Below are positions 1-10,219 of a stretch of DNA of 64,000 nt, in pieces (the first letter of the stretch is position 1; the number at the start of each line of letters is the position of its first letter). Made by a program: the position numbers and the translations under genes. The DNA comes from Schizochytrium sp. TIO01 (lineage: Eukaryota; Protista; Bigyra: Labyrinthulomycetes): NCBI GenBank assembly GCA_004764695.1, contig SMSO01000014.1:3343648-3407647 (forward strand), given 5' to 3'. The notes under the pieces are model-generated. The model was not told where the DNA came from and ran no database searches. It saw nothing but the letters and a program-made list of their open reading frames with translations.

Positions 1-1550
1 TTCAAAGTCTTATTTGGGGTTACTTACAAAGAAAGGTGACATTTTGTCAAGAGGGAGGTCAGCTAGGAAAGACAATTTCAAGAGTTTAGTCCGCGAGTAA
101 AGTGACTCAAGATAGCCGGAAAACTCAAGCATGAGCTATCAGAATCCTGATCGTGGGATGAATTACAAAATTCATCATGGTACTTTTGCTTTTGTATGGA
201 AGCATTCCGATAAACAAGCTTATACTTTCACTTTGGTTCTTCTGGGTAAGTATAGCTGGAATGTATACACTACTTTAATATTGAGTCGTCGAACAGTCAT
301 CTTCGATATTACAAGGTCATCAATGCAAATGCTGATGCATTTTCTACATGGTACTTTGATGTATAGGCCCTTTAATAAGGGTGTATTACGAACCCTTGCT
401 ATACTAGGTTCACTTGCTACTCTGACGATCAATCTCAGCACTGTTATAGGCTCTAGCTACTTGTTCTGCATCCCCATCTTAGTTCAATAGCATTCTAGAC
501 CTTATCAGACGATTCGGGAGCATGAACAATCATGGAATAGCTTAATACTTCTTGCTTATTCTAAAAACCATGAACCTTTTAACGAATCAATCTTGCATAC
601 CGTGTTATGCTGGAGCGCATTTAACACTATTGTGCTTCTCTAGACGGAACAGAACGAAACAGTTGATGCAATACAAGTCCATTCAATTTACTCTACATTT
701 GGACAACCATGAGACTTTCACCTTTCCGACAAACACAAATCCCCTAAATGAGATGCATATGGTTCGGTAACCCGAACCGTCTATGTCAAAAGTATGATTA
801 TAATATACAATTCTAGCACGAACTATGACCTTAGTTTATTAACAGAGACCTAACTAAATTGTTGGTACTTCTGAACTTTGTAGTATATTGATGGTTTTTT
901 CCAGTGATTCATCCTGATAATGAAACAGAGCTGCAGATTGTTAGAAGCAAGCTCTTCTTCCCCTATCAGAAGTTTACCAAACCCATGGTTTTTGAAACAA
1001 ACCCATGATTTTCGAAAGAAAAAGTTTTGAAATATACCACCTCCTCATCATTCACCATTTCCCAAGGTCTGCGCACGAAGATTCCGATATTTTGTTGCTA
1101 TTCATCTCCAACTTTACCATGATGTTGTTTCTATAAACCTAAGTATACGATGCCTTTTTACAATTTACCATACATTCCAAGCTCCCTACCTTCGTTTCCC
1201 CCGTCAGCCTTTGGCCACCCAGGGGTAAGCTTATAGCAACACTTGAATTTGGATTCCAAGATGGAATACCTAGGACGCAAAAGCAAACTTAGTCTGTTAA
1301 AAACATATTTGAATGGGACGATTAAGTCATCTCTTTCAGAATTCGTTTAGATTACGAAACCTTTTCCTCTTGAGCATGTTTCTATACGTCAAGATCTAGT
1401 AGCTCTAAGCTTCGCAACCATATCTAGTGTTGTTTATCCTATGCAAAACTTTTCTCTTTGGTACTTACAGTGGCTCATCAAGAAATCCTGCAATATCCTG
1501 CTCATATGTTTCTTTGATGAAATAATCCATCACAGCCAAAAGATTGATTA
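1..1550 (-). pseudogene. Probable highly decayed copia pol remnant (continuation of the relic interrupted by the young element)
   Basis: Patchy colinear matches to young pol, e.g. gcacgaagattccgat (~1073) vs gtacggagatttccgat (~4410), cccctatc (~960 vs ~4306), aatccat..gatt across the insertion junction. No intact ORF. Confidence 0.4.
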
Positions 1551-1555
1551 TTTAC

Positions 1556-1748
1556 TATTGCAGAGTAGCCTGTGCTGTGAAGCGTGGAAAGGTAGTCTGA
1601 CAAGGATGACGAACTCAGGAGAAAGAGAAAGAGGATGATATATGAGTTATCGGGGTTTCAGGTCTGCATACAGGCAGGGTAAATGTGTGAATAGGAGAGC
1701 TTGGTTAGGTTAGGTTAGGTTAGACAGTAGCTGTTTATTACTTCAATA
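1556..1748 (-). repeat. 3' LTR (193 bp), ends TATTG...CAATA
   Basis: Direct repeat of 6923-7120, differing by 2 substitutions and one GGTTA unit (4 vs 5). Confidence 0.96.
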
Positions 1749-1757
1749 CTCCCCCGC
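1749..1757 (-). promoter_or_regulatory. Polypurine tract (GCGGGGGAG) for plus-strand priming
   Basis: Purine-rich tract on the minus strand between the pol stop (1761) and the 3' LTR. Confidence 0.85.
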
Positions 1758-1760
1758 AAA

Positions 1761-4700
1761 TCACGCGTCAGCACCTGAAGCATCAAGTAAGCGACTAGCG
1801 TGTTTCCAATGAGATGGTGCTGCAAGTGGTTTGGTAAGTAAATCAGCTATATTTTCTGTGCCTTTAACATGATGTACCTTGAGTAATTGGTTTTGTCTTC
1901 GATGAATCAGTACTGCTAGTTGTACTGCGAGATAACCATTTGTACCATTAACTTCTTCCTTTTTGATTGTGTTTACTAATGCTTGACAATCTATACATAC
2001 CTGTATTTCATTGATGTAAATGTTCATGTCTGCTAAAAGTTGTCGAATGGATTCTGCTCTGAGAACTCCTGCAACTGCAGCAATTAGTTCAGCTTCGTGA
2101 GTATTTCTTGCAACTGTAGACTGTTTGGTTGTTTTCCATACAACAGCACCAGCATTTATCATAACAACATATCCTGTAACACTACGACGAAGTTTGTCAT
2201 GTGCCTTGCTGAAAGAAGCATCTGTATAGACGTTCAAAACAAGTTGTGCCTCTGAATCCACGCCTTTGAGTGTTAGAACTTTGTCCTTTGTGGCCTTGAC
2301 ATAACGGAATGCATGTTTAAGAGCTTGCATATGTTCCGCTCCATTCTTTTGACCATGGTATGCAAGTTGGTGTAAAGTGTATGCCATATCAGGTCGAGTT
2401 TTTAGTAAATACATTAGAGTGCCGACAAGTGGACGATAGTGTTCATTCACAGAGTCGTCAGGATGATCACTTAACTCTTTAAGGATGGATGGAGTTTTAG
2501 CTCCATTGCAGTTTTCCATATTACATCGCCTAAGGGCTTTTTCACAATACTCGCGTTGACTGATGGTACAGATCTTTCGTGACTTGTCATAGACATGTGC
2601 ATCACTAAGGTAATGGCATTGTTTTTCACGATTAACTTTGACGCCGACATTTTGTTCGAGTTCTTCGACAATCGCTTTGAGTGCTTGGGGCGTGCCAAAA
2701 ATTCTCATGTCATCAACATGGATAGTCATTAGAAGATCTTTGCCAATAAAGAGTGATGCATCCGTTATAGATCGCGTTAAGCCATAATTTTCGCCATAAT
2801 TTTCTAAGATAGCCGTCAAATGATCCATCCACCTACGGGGGGCACTTTTGAGTCCATATAGACTTTTACGCAGACGATAACAATAACCTTCTGCTAAGTC
2901 AAGACCTTCAATACCTTTGATGTAGAGGAATTCGTCATCTGGAATTTGTGCTTCTAGAAATGCGGCTGTTACGTCAACGGTGATAGCATCATAGCCTCTC
3001 GTTAAAGCAATAATTGTTGCAACACGAATGCTTTCAACATTAACTGTTGGTGAGTATATATCATAAACATGTTCAATGGCCTCATTGTAGCCTTGTACTA
3101 CAACCCGTGCTTTTAACAGATTGACCGGTGGTGCCTTCTTTGTATAGACCCATCTAGTTCCCATTACAGTCTGTCCCTGTGGTAAAGTGTGTAAGGGTAC
3201 AGTTTCCAGAACACCAGCGGACTGCAGGTTGTGATGTTCAGTATTCATAGCAGCGATCCATAGTTGCTGATATGCCTGTGGCAGTTTCCGCATTTCTTTA
3301 TAAGTGTTTGGAACTACAATGTCGTCATATGGACATGGTTTGGGGACCGGTTTAGGTAATTGTTTATTATCTGTGTTGTTTTCAATAAGAAAAGCAAAAT
3401 ATTCCTGTTCCCTCGGATATATCGTGGGAATGATTAGTTCATGTAGGTTCTCTTCTTTTGATAGAGAATTAATATCCGAGAAATCTAACTCTGTATTCGT
3501 CATATTACGTTTTCGTTTCAGACGATTGGTATAGTATCGGTATTTATTTGCAGCGCCTTTGGCACTGGGACCAACATTTAGTGGTACATGAGGTTTGGGA
3601 GTCCTTTTGGATCTCCGATGACTATCGTGTGCATGGACTGAACTATGTTCTTGTTCCATGTCTTCACGACCATGTTCACTTTTGGATTCACGGTCATCAT
3701 TATTTACCTCAGAATGACTAACGTGTTCACTATTGGATTCACGGTCATTGTGATTTAGTTCCGGATGACTAGCGTGTTCACTACTGGATTCACGGTCATT
3801 GTGATTTAGTTCCGGATGACTAGCGTGTTCACTACTGGATTCACGGTCATTGTGATTTGGTTCCGGATGACTAGCGTGTTCACTACTGGATTCACGGTCA
3901 TTGTGATTTGGTTCCGGATGACTAGCGTGTTCACTAATGGATTCACGGTCATCATTGTTTACCTCCGGACGACTAGCGTGTTCACTATTGGATTCACGGT
4001 CATCATTATATTTTGGGGTATTAGGAGTGATGAAAGATTTAGTATTATTAGCTGCGGAGGATAAAGCAGGTAGATCCTGATATATTTCTCCATCAATTAG
4101 TTTATATGATTCTTCACGTGTCCAATGAGTAATTAGATCAGGTGTCAGAGCGGTTTCTATCGACATTGCACGCTGACGAGTTTGTTCAGTCAATGCTTGA
4201 TCGAAAATCTTGACTTCACGCGTTTGAAGGATGTTGGACTTGTCTTTGGGTAAGACAGTTCCATGAGTGTAACCATCAGCATATCCAAGGAAAATGCCTA
4301 GTTCACCCCTATCTCCCAACTTTTGCGGAATGGGAAACTTCTTGAACACACATGGTGCTCCAAAAATGTGGAAGTAGCTGTAGTCTGGTGCTTTGCCAAA
4401 ATGTCGTTCGTACGGAGATTTCCGATTGCGACTGGAGGCTGTGCGATTCTTGACATGTACAGCATGAGATAAAGCATATGGCCAATATTTGGCTCCGAGT
4501 AATGCAGTTTTTAGATTGGAGCGAAGACCATTCATTAGTACTCGATTGATGCCTTCAGCAGGATTTGTAGCATGAGAGTGTGGTGCAGATAGTTTATGTT
4601 CCCACCGCATGGTGTGAAGTGATCTTGCAAATTCTCCGCCTGTAAAATATTTAGCTCCGTCTGTGCGAATTATGATGCGCGAGGTGTTTTTACCCTGGAG

Positions 4701-5519
4701 CCATGCTTGAGCAAAAGTACGAAGGGTCGTGGACACTTGATCAGTGGATTGTATAGGATAAACATATGTAAAGTCTGAGTAAAGATCTCTGTAGACTATG
4801 GCATATTTGAACTTGTTGGGGACGCCTAGAACGTGGAATGGTCCCATCACATCAGCTGTAACAGCTTGTCGAGGAGACTTAGTATATGGTGTGTGAGGTC
4901 CTTTTGTCACTGGAATACGTTCAAAGTTGGCAACTTTACAATCCATGCATAAGAAGTCGATTTGTGATGCAGAAACTCCTATGGAGGATGCTATGCGTGG
5001 AATTGAAGCGTGACCTAATTCAAGGTGAGCTTCTAGCCAATCTATTCCTTTATAACTGAGTTTTTGTGCTTTCCGTAGTTGCAGAGCGTTAACTTTGGGT
5101 GCTTTTACAGGGATAAGCATTGGAATGTCAGATTGCTGACCGAGTGTAATAACTTCTCCATGTGGAGTGGTCATACGATCGCTATCTTGTGAGAAGAAAA
5201 ATGAGATTCCTTGCTGAGTCATAATAGACGTCGACAGTAATGTGTGAGCAAGGGAAGGTGCGTAGTAGACTGTAAGTGTTAAAGGAACAATTCTACCCGA
5301 CGTTGATCTTACTCGTGCCTCCAGGGTACCTTTTCCTAAAATCGGAACTGAGGATCCTTGAGCTGCATCCATTGATAGTGGACTAATGTTCTCATAGTTT
5401 GAAAGTAATGCAAGATTTGGTGTGACATGCAAATTGCATCCAGAATCTAGTAGGAATCCTTCTGAGGTTGTCTCTGCTGACTTCGGTTCTGATTTTAGAT
5501 GATTGATTGTCAGAGGTTG
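1761..5519 (-). CDS. pol: Copia Pol polyprotein (protease, integrase, reverse transcriptase, RNase H)
   Basis: The frame is open upstream of the called 5432 start and contains protease FLLDSGCNLH; integrase HLELGH..CMDC, ADVMGPF, IRTDG, AEGINR, GIFLGY; RT GTRWVY, LLKARVV, DVTAAFL, KSLYGLK, IHVDDM; RNase H YTDASF, EAELIA, ADLLTK. Confidence 0.95.
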   Translation of the reverse strand, partial: QPLTINHLKSEPKSAETTSEGFLLDSGCNLHVTPNLALLSNYENISPLSMDAAQGSSVPILGKGTLEARVRSTSGRIVPLTLTVYYAPSLAHTLLSTSIMTQQGISFFFSQDSDRMTTPHGEVITLGQQSDIPMLIPVKAPKVNALQLRKAQKLSYKGIDWLEAHLELGHASIPRIASSIGVSASQIDFLCMDCKVANFERIPVTKGPHTPYTKSPRQAVTADVMGPFHVLGVPNKFKYAIVYRDLYSDFTYVYPIQSTDQVSTTLRTFAQAWLQGKNTSRIIIRTDGAKYFTGGEFARSLHTMRWEHKLSAPHSHATNPAEGINRVLMNGLRSNLKTALLGAKYWPYALSHAVHVKNRTASSRNRKSPYERHFGKAPDYSYFHIFGAPCVFKKFPIPQKLGDRGELGIFLGYADGYTHGTVLPKDKSNILQTREVKIFDQALTEQTRQRAMSIETALTPDLITHWTREESYKLIDGEIYQDLPALSSAANNTKSFITPNTPKYNDDRESNSEHASRPEVNNDDRESISEHASHPEPNHNDRESSSEHASHPEPNHNDRESSSEHASHPELNHNDRESSSEHASHPELNHNDRESNSEHVSHSEVNNDDRESKSEHGREDMEQEHSSVHAHDSHRRSKRTPKPHVPLNVGPSAKGAANKYRYYTNRLKRKRNMTNTELDFSDINSLSKEENLHELIIPTIYPREQEYFAFLIENNTDNKQLPKPVPKPCPYDDIVVPNTYKEMRKLPQAYQQLWIAAMNTEHHNLQSAGVLETVPLHTLPQGQTVMGTRWVYTKKAPPVNLLKARVVVQGYNEAIEHVYDIYSPTVNVESIRVATIIALTRGYDAITVDVTAAFLEAQIPDDEFLYIKGIEGLDLAEGYCYRLRKSLYGLKSAPRRWMDHLTAILENYGENYGLTRSITDASLFIGKDLLMTIHVDDMRIFGTPQALKAIVEELEQNVGVKVNREKQCHYLSDAHVYDKSRKICTISQREYCEKALRRCNMENCNGAKTPSILKELSDHPDDSVNEHYRPLVGTLMYLLKTRPDMAYTLHQLAYHGQKNGAEHMQALKHAFRYVKATKDKVLTLKGVDSEAQLVLNVYTDASFSKAHDKLRRSVTGYVVMINAGAVVWKTTKQSTVARNTHEAELIAAVAGVLRAESIRQLLADMNIYINEIQVCIDCQALVNTIKKEEVNGTNGYLAVQLAVLIHRRQNQLLKVHHVKGTENIADLLTKPLAAPSHWKHASRLLDASGADA
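3673..4007 (-). repeat. 51-bp in-frame tandem repeat (~6.5 copies) encoding (H/N)(N/D)DRESxSEHASHPExN in the IN-RT linker
   Basis: Unit ttcactactggattcacggtcattgtgatttggttccggatgactagcgtg is repeated, and the 17-aa repeat is visible in the Pol translation. Confidence 0.93.
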
Positions 5520-6766
5520 ACACTGTAATTGGCATGAAAAGGTCCTTGATCAAAAGGAGCATTGTGTAACGCGAGACCTTTGTACGGTGGTGTTGAATTA
5601 TGACGCTGACGCTTGTTGTTCGACTTTTGTTGTCGCGATGATCTACTTGGACAAACAGAGGATCTGTGTCCAACTTGGTTACAAATAGGACAAATTGTTG
5701 TCAAGAATTTGCAGTTTGCCTCAGCATGACTTGAATAACCACAGTGTGAGCATTTATTCCTTTGAGGAAAGGGTTGTTGTGCTCCCCCGGAATTGTTGTT
5801 TTGGGATGTAGGTCGTTTTTGACGCTTGAACTTGTTCCGGGAAGGATGAAAGGAGTTTGCTTGTAGATGTGTGGGTTCAGGGTTCCCAGCAGAATGGACA
5901 CATTTGCCTTTAAGTGTGCATTGTTGTGCAACTTCCCGTTCCGTGTTTCGTAACTCTTGAAACAATTCTTTACTATACTCTGTGAGTTTAATTGCTTTGT
6001 CATAGATCGCAGTTGTTTGTGGACCCATGTAACGAAGACGTGGTAAAAGGTTAAGGATAAACATGTAATCATGTAACGTCATGCCAGTAGCTAGCACGTC
6101 TGCCTGAGTGTTGTGCAGTTTCATAAACCATGTCATGACTTCGTTTTCTGACATATTCTCAAAAGAATTGTCAAGGTATTGCCGAAAACATTGTACGAGT
6201 GCTGAAACCATGTTGATGTTGATTTCACCAGGCGGTTTCTTAAATACGATTTGAAGTTGTGCCCAGGCAGCACGTCCTTCACCTCCACGGTGAGATTTAC
6301 CATATTGTTGTAGTTGTTCGTCAAAATCTGTGCCAGCTTGATTGCTGAGTAAGGCGTAAAGTGCACTGTCAAGTAGACGTTGTCTCTTAGGGTCAGTGCA
6401 AGCTTCAATGTCTTCAGGAGTACATCCATAGTATTCCATGAATCTGATGACGTCAGTTGACCAGATCTCCCAGTTACTTCCCAATGGATCAAGAGGAGGT
6501 CCTACAGGAATCTTGTTGATACTATTCATTAGAACTTTTCGAGTACGGTCCATTGTGAATGATTCTAAGTCATCATAATCCTTCGGCTTAGTGTGTTCTC
6601 CAAGACACTGTTCGTACACTGCTAGCTTTTCTTTAAGCTTACGTAGTTCTTCACGTATGTCTTCATCAAAGTCGGGACTCTGTTTCTTGATGTTCGCCGC
6701 TTGGTTCGCAGCTTCTTGTTTCTTCTTGAGCTTATTGCTCTTCTTGCTGCCTCCAGGAGTCATCAT
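5510..6766 (-). CDS. gag: Copia Gag with two CCHC zinc knuckles
   Basis: 418-aa ORF starting ~155 nt inside the 5' LTR; CSHCGYSSHAEANC and CPICNQVGHRSSVC. Confidence 0.92.
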   Translation of the reverse strand: MMTPGGSKKSNKLKKKQEAANQAANIKKQSPDFDEDIREELRKLKEKLAVYEQCLGEHTKPKDYDDLESFTMDRTRKVLMNSINKIPVGPPLDPLGSNWEIWSTDVIRFMEYYGCTPEDIEACTDPKRQRLLDSALYALLSNQAGTDFDEQLQQYGKSHRGGEGRAAWAQLQIVFKKPPGEININMVSALVQCFRQYLDNSFENMSENEVMTWFMKLHNTQADVLATGMTLHDYMFILNLLPRLRYMGPQTTAIYDKAIKLTEYSKELFQELRNTEREVAQQCTLKGKCVHSAGNPEPTHLQANSFHPSRNKFKRQKRPTSQNNNSGGAQQPFPQRNKCSHCGYSSHAEANCKFLTTICPICNQVGHRSSVCPSRSSRQQKSNNKRQRHNSTPPYKGLALHNAPFDQGPFHANYSVNL

Positions 6767-6909
6767 GTTGACTTGCTTGAGGACTGAGTATAGTTTTCCG
6801 TAGGAAGTCTTATTTCGAAAAAGTTTACTCTATCTCTGATGTTGAGCTCGTCTGATCTTCAAGATGTCTAGGAAACGAGTTGTTACGCTCGAGTCTTCCT
6901 GGCGTATCT

Positions 6910-6922
6910 TGGGCCCATAACC
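6910..6922 (-). promoter_or_regulatory. Primer-binding site GGTTATGGGCCCA (half-tRNAiMet type)
   Basis: Abuts the 5' LTR on the minus strand and matches the PBS type of Drosophila copia/Ty5-like elements primed by a cleaved initiator tRNA. Confidence 0.9.
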
Positions 6923-7120
6923 TATTGCAGAGTAGCCTGTGCTGTGAAGCGTGGAGAGGTAGTCTGACAAGGATGACGAACTCAGGAGAAAGAGAAAGAG
7001 GATGATATATGAGTTATCGGGGTTTCAGGTCTGCATACAGGCAGGGTAAATGTGTGAATAGGAGAGCTTGGTTAGGTTAGGTTAGGTTAGGTTAGACAGT
7101 AGCTGTTTATTTCTTCAATA
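6923..7120 (-). repeat. 5' LTR (198 bp), ends TATTG...CAATA
   Basis: Direct repeat of 1556-1748, flanked by the PBS on the inner side and TSD TTTAC on the outer side. Confidence 0.96.
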
Positions 7121-7125
7121 TTTAC

Positions 7126-8320
7126 TAATGCAAACATTCAGAGTATTGGATGCATGCGTATGAGTCCCTTACCCCTGAATTCCTCTACTTTTCAGTCCTC
7201 TTGAGGATGAATATAAGTGGCAATAGTTCCCGCGATGAATTGATTAGTTTTCTTTATAGCGCTAAAGGTAGTCTTCATTGTTAAAACACAAAGGGTGCTT
7301 GAGCACCTCGCGAGCTTTGGATGCGTGATTGGAATCGATATAATGAATTTCCGCCAGGACACTGTGGCAATTTGATCGTTGCAACGTGCATGAGATCATG
7401 CTATTAATGAAATTTAGGACTTGTCAGGCTAGAGTCTGACTGAGAAGATTCGAGATGAAGCTTTACGAAGACTTAGGAACGGGGATGAAATATTAAACAA
7501 CTGTCTGCTGGGCTTGAAAACGCGTGCCCATGGTCATGAGTTTGTGAGTAGTTTAAGAACTTTTATGCGACATGGAAATTGTAATCAGTCAATAAGGAAC
7601 CCTTCCGTGTCTGGTTGTACAAAATGTTAGTCGAGAGTTTTGAGATTATTAATTCTCAGAAGTTGAGCAGAAAGGTTGGTTTGGATAGGTTCATCTTCTA
7701 CAGAATGATTAGTTACGGCGAGGTCTTTTTTTAATCTGGTGCTGAGGAGTGGCACCGACATTTTATAATTTGGTTGCGCTTCCTATTTTGACTGCTAGTT
7801 AGGACAGACTATGGCTCGGTGACCAGTTTGATGGCAAAGAGGGCACGTTCTTAACAAGATCTGCAGTCTACTTGAGCATGGTTCTGTAGTCCACAATGTG
7901 AGAATTTGGCTCGTCGAGGAAAAAATTGCACTCCCCTACATTGATGTTCTAGGATGAAGGACTATTTTGACGCTTAGACAAGCGCTTGGTCCGGGAGGGA
8001 TGAAAGAAGTTTGAGGTTGCTTAGGCCTGGAGGTTTTTCGCACATTTTTTTTTTCATATATACCCATGCTTCCCGCAAGAAATTATTGAGTTCCCATGTG
8101 CAAGTTTTGCTGGGCTAGAGTGCTCCAATTCTGAAATTGAAAGAATCATCATTGCCTTAGATCACCCTATGTCTGCAAAAGGTCGACAAAGTCTATATAG
8201 ATACTGCTGAGTTATTTTCGTAAACTTTCCTCTGTCAGATCAACAATCTAGATGCGATGTTCATGAGTAAAGATATGAATCAGCTCACGTTAGATGCCAT
8301 ATGTTAGAAATTGTCAAGTT
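7126..8320 (-). pseudogene. Decayed older copy of the same copia family (gag C-terminus, gag-pol junction, protease, integrase N-terminus)
   Basis: Minus-strand translation gives FSHCGLQNHAQVDC and CPLCHQTGHRAIVC (~7800-7905), KDLAVTNHSVEDEPIQTNLSAQLLRINNLKT (~7640-7730) and EGFLID*..NFHV (~7570-7605). 7940-8015 aligns to 5782-5860 at DNA level. Contains stops and frameshifts. Confidence 0.85.
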
Positions 8321-8939
8321 CTGAGTATAAGCAAATCGACTTGTCACACACTCGAGAAGCGAGCCACTCGAAGAGTGGTGGATAATGAGAGTTTGTTCGC
8401 ATCTCCCCTGTAAGCCCCAATAGCACTAGGCTCACCTGATGCAATAAGCTGATAGCTGACAGGGCCGGAAGTATATGCTTGGCACGTTTGCATAAGCACT
8501 CCAAAAACCAAAGACTCTTCGAAGTCGTAAAGACCTGCATCAAACTTCATCATGTCTGGTGAAGCAACATTACATTTACTTACGCAATATCCTCTAAGAT
8601 TTTCGATACCTAATGCTTTAGCATTAGAACAGGCTACACTAAGACGCGAGGTTCTCTTACAAACCTGTGTCGAATGATGCATTGAATTGTATAGATAATA
8701 CATAGAAGCTATTGAATTGAAGTGGCATCAAATATTTTCCTGATGTGTTTCGTTTCGTAATTTTGTTGAATAATCGAGTATTCAATAATCGAGTGTTCGA
8801 AAAGAGAGAGTTGCATTTAAGGGGAGCTAAACACAAACCTGATTTCCCTATTTTCTGCTCCATGGAAGATCAGTACCCTCTACTGCACTTGTTAATTATC
8901 GCACGAAATTCATTAGAAGATTGTAAGCCTCGCCCGTGT

Positions 8940-10219
8940 GTTAGAGGGGAGCCACGTTGAAAATTGTGTTTACATCTGATCAGCCAGGAGTGGAAAGAAA
9001 TAGTCACATACAAAACAGTCCGCAATTGCTGATGCTACATGTTGCATAATTCCTCACAATTACATACAAATGTGAGTGAGTAATCTTTTGAATTAGTTTA
9101 GCTTCTTTTTTCTTAAAGGTGGAACGGGAAACTATACAATTTGTAAGTCTTGCGATGCTAGACATCACGAGACGTTTACGTTCTCCAGAGAAACGATAAG
9201 CATGGGACAAAATCTACAACTCCAATAAAATATTTAGTTATAGAATGAAATCTACTTGAGATGAGGCAAATTCTGTTTGCCAAAGAGAAATTTGAGAGAG
9301 ATTTACTAATGCCTTCTACGATTCTTTCGAGGAGGTAGAATAATTGTAGCAGAAAATACAACATAAATGTGTTAACTTGACAATCATGAAACATAAAAAT
9401 CGAAAATCTTTATTCTTTATAACATGAACTATTCTTAAGTTCCAATAGTTCGAATCATCAACTGAACAGAGGGAGCAATTGGAATACCTCCTCTGCGGGA
9501 TTTTATTTCAATACATAGGGGACTAGACTGTATGTCCATGAACTAGTCAGCCCCTTGAACTCTGTGAGAAGTCTCGATAAAGTGAGCAACACTAAGATAT
9601 ACATATATATGTCCTTTGAACCAGTAAGTGCAGGTCCTCCTTAAAGCCTAGTTTCCTGAAGCTGCAGACAACAACGGAAAGCTTTGTCCCTGTAGAGCTA
9701 TCAATGGGCTGATTGATCTTGAAGAGCATCTTCAATGGATATCTGGGAACAGAAGATTGTTGTTTCGTAAGCAGTATGGCTGATGGTTAATAAGACTTCA
9801 GGTCTCCTCCACAGTTCTCGATTCATTTTACTAGACAAGCTGACTAATAATGACTCTGGGTGTGTGTGCTTCTGTCATGATTATGGATCCAACACATGGA
9901 TGTCACAGTGAGGTATAAAATTATCCATTATATTGAGCATAATCATTAGGTTTTACTTTCGAATCCCAAAGACTGACTTTTATTATGCTAAGTAGACGCT
10001 ACTGAAAGGTAATACTGATTAGCTTGAGGTTGACTGTGAAGATGAAGGCAGAAGGCTTGATGAAGGCTTTAAGAAGGCTGATTTATGAGTTAGCGAACTG
10101 CTGTCCTGGAGAATGGATTCCAGGGCAGGTGGATTCATGCAGTAATTAGGGAGATTAAGACATTCTTGAAAGTAGTTAGAGATAATCGATGGGCTTAGGC
10201 TAATTAAACTTCTTCAACA
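8940..10219 (-). pseudogene. Second, more decayed gag remnant plus probable relic PBS and LTR (~9945-10219)
   Basis: Colinear matches at an offset of ~3.0-3.1 kb from the young element: 9136~6064, 9298~6292, 9456~6451; ttgagcataatc (~9933) ~ PBS; ggctgatttatgagttagcg (~10076) ~ LTR ggatgatatatgagttatcg; ends ttcttcaaca vs ttcttcaata. Confidence 0.5.

Larger units (their letters stand above)
1556..7120 (-). mobile_element. Full-length Ty1/copia (Pseudoviridae, hemivirus-type priming) LTR retrotransposon
   Basis: Two near-identical LTRs (1556-1748, 6923-7120), 5-bp TSD TTTAC (1551-1555, 7121-7125), PBS, PPT, gag with two CCHC knuckles, pol in copia order PR-IN-RT-RH. Confidence 0.97.

Noticed and set aside
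5498-5512. gag stop TGA followed by CAA TCA, matching the CAR-YYA readthrough signal
   Set aside because: Readthrough would hit TAA four codons later and pol is in another frame; the relic has TGA GAA TTA at the aligned site, so the motif is not conserved.
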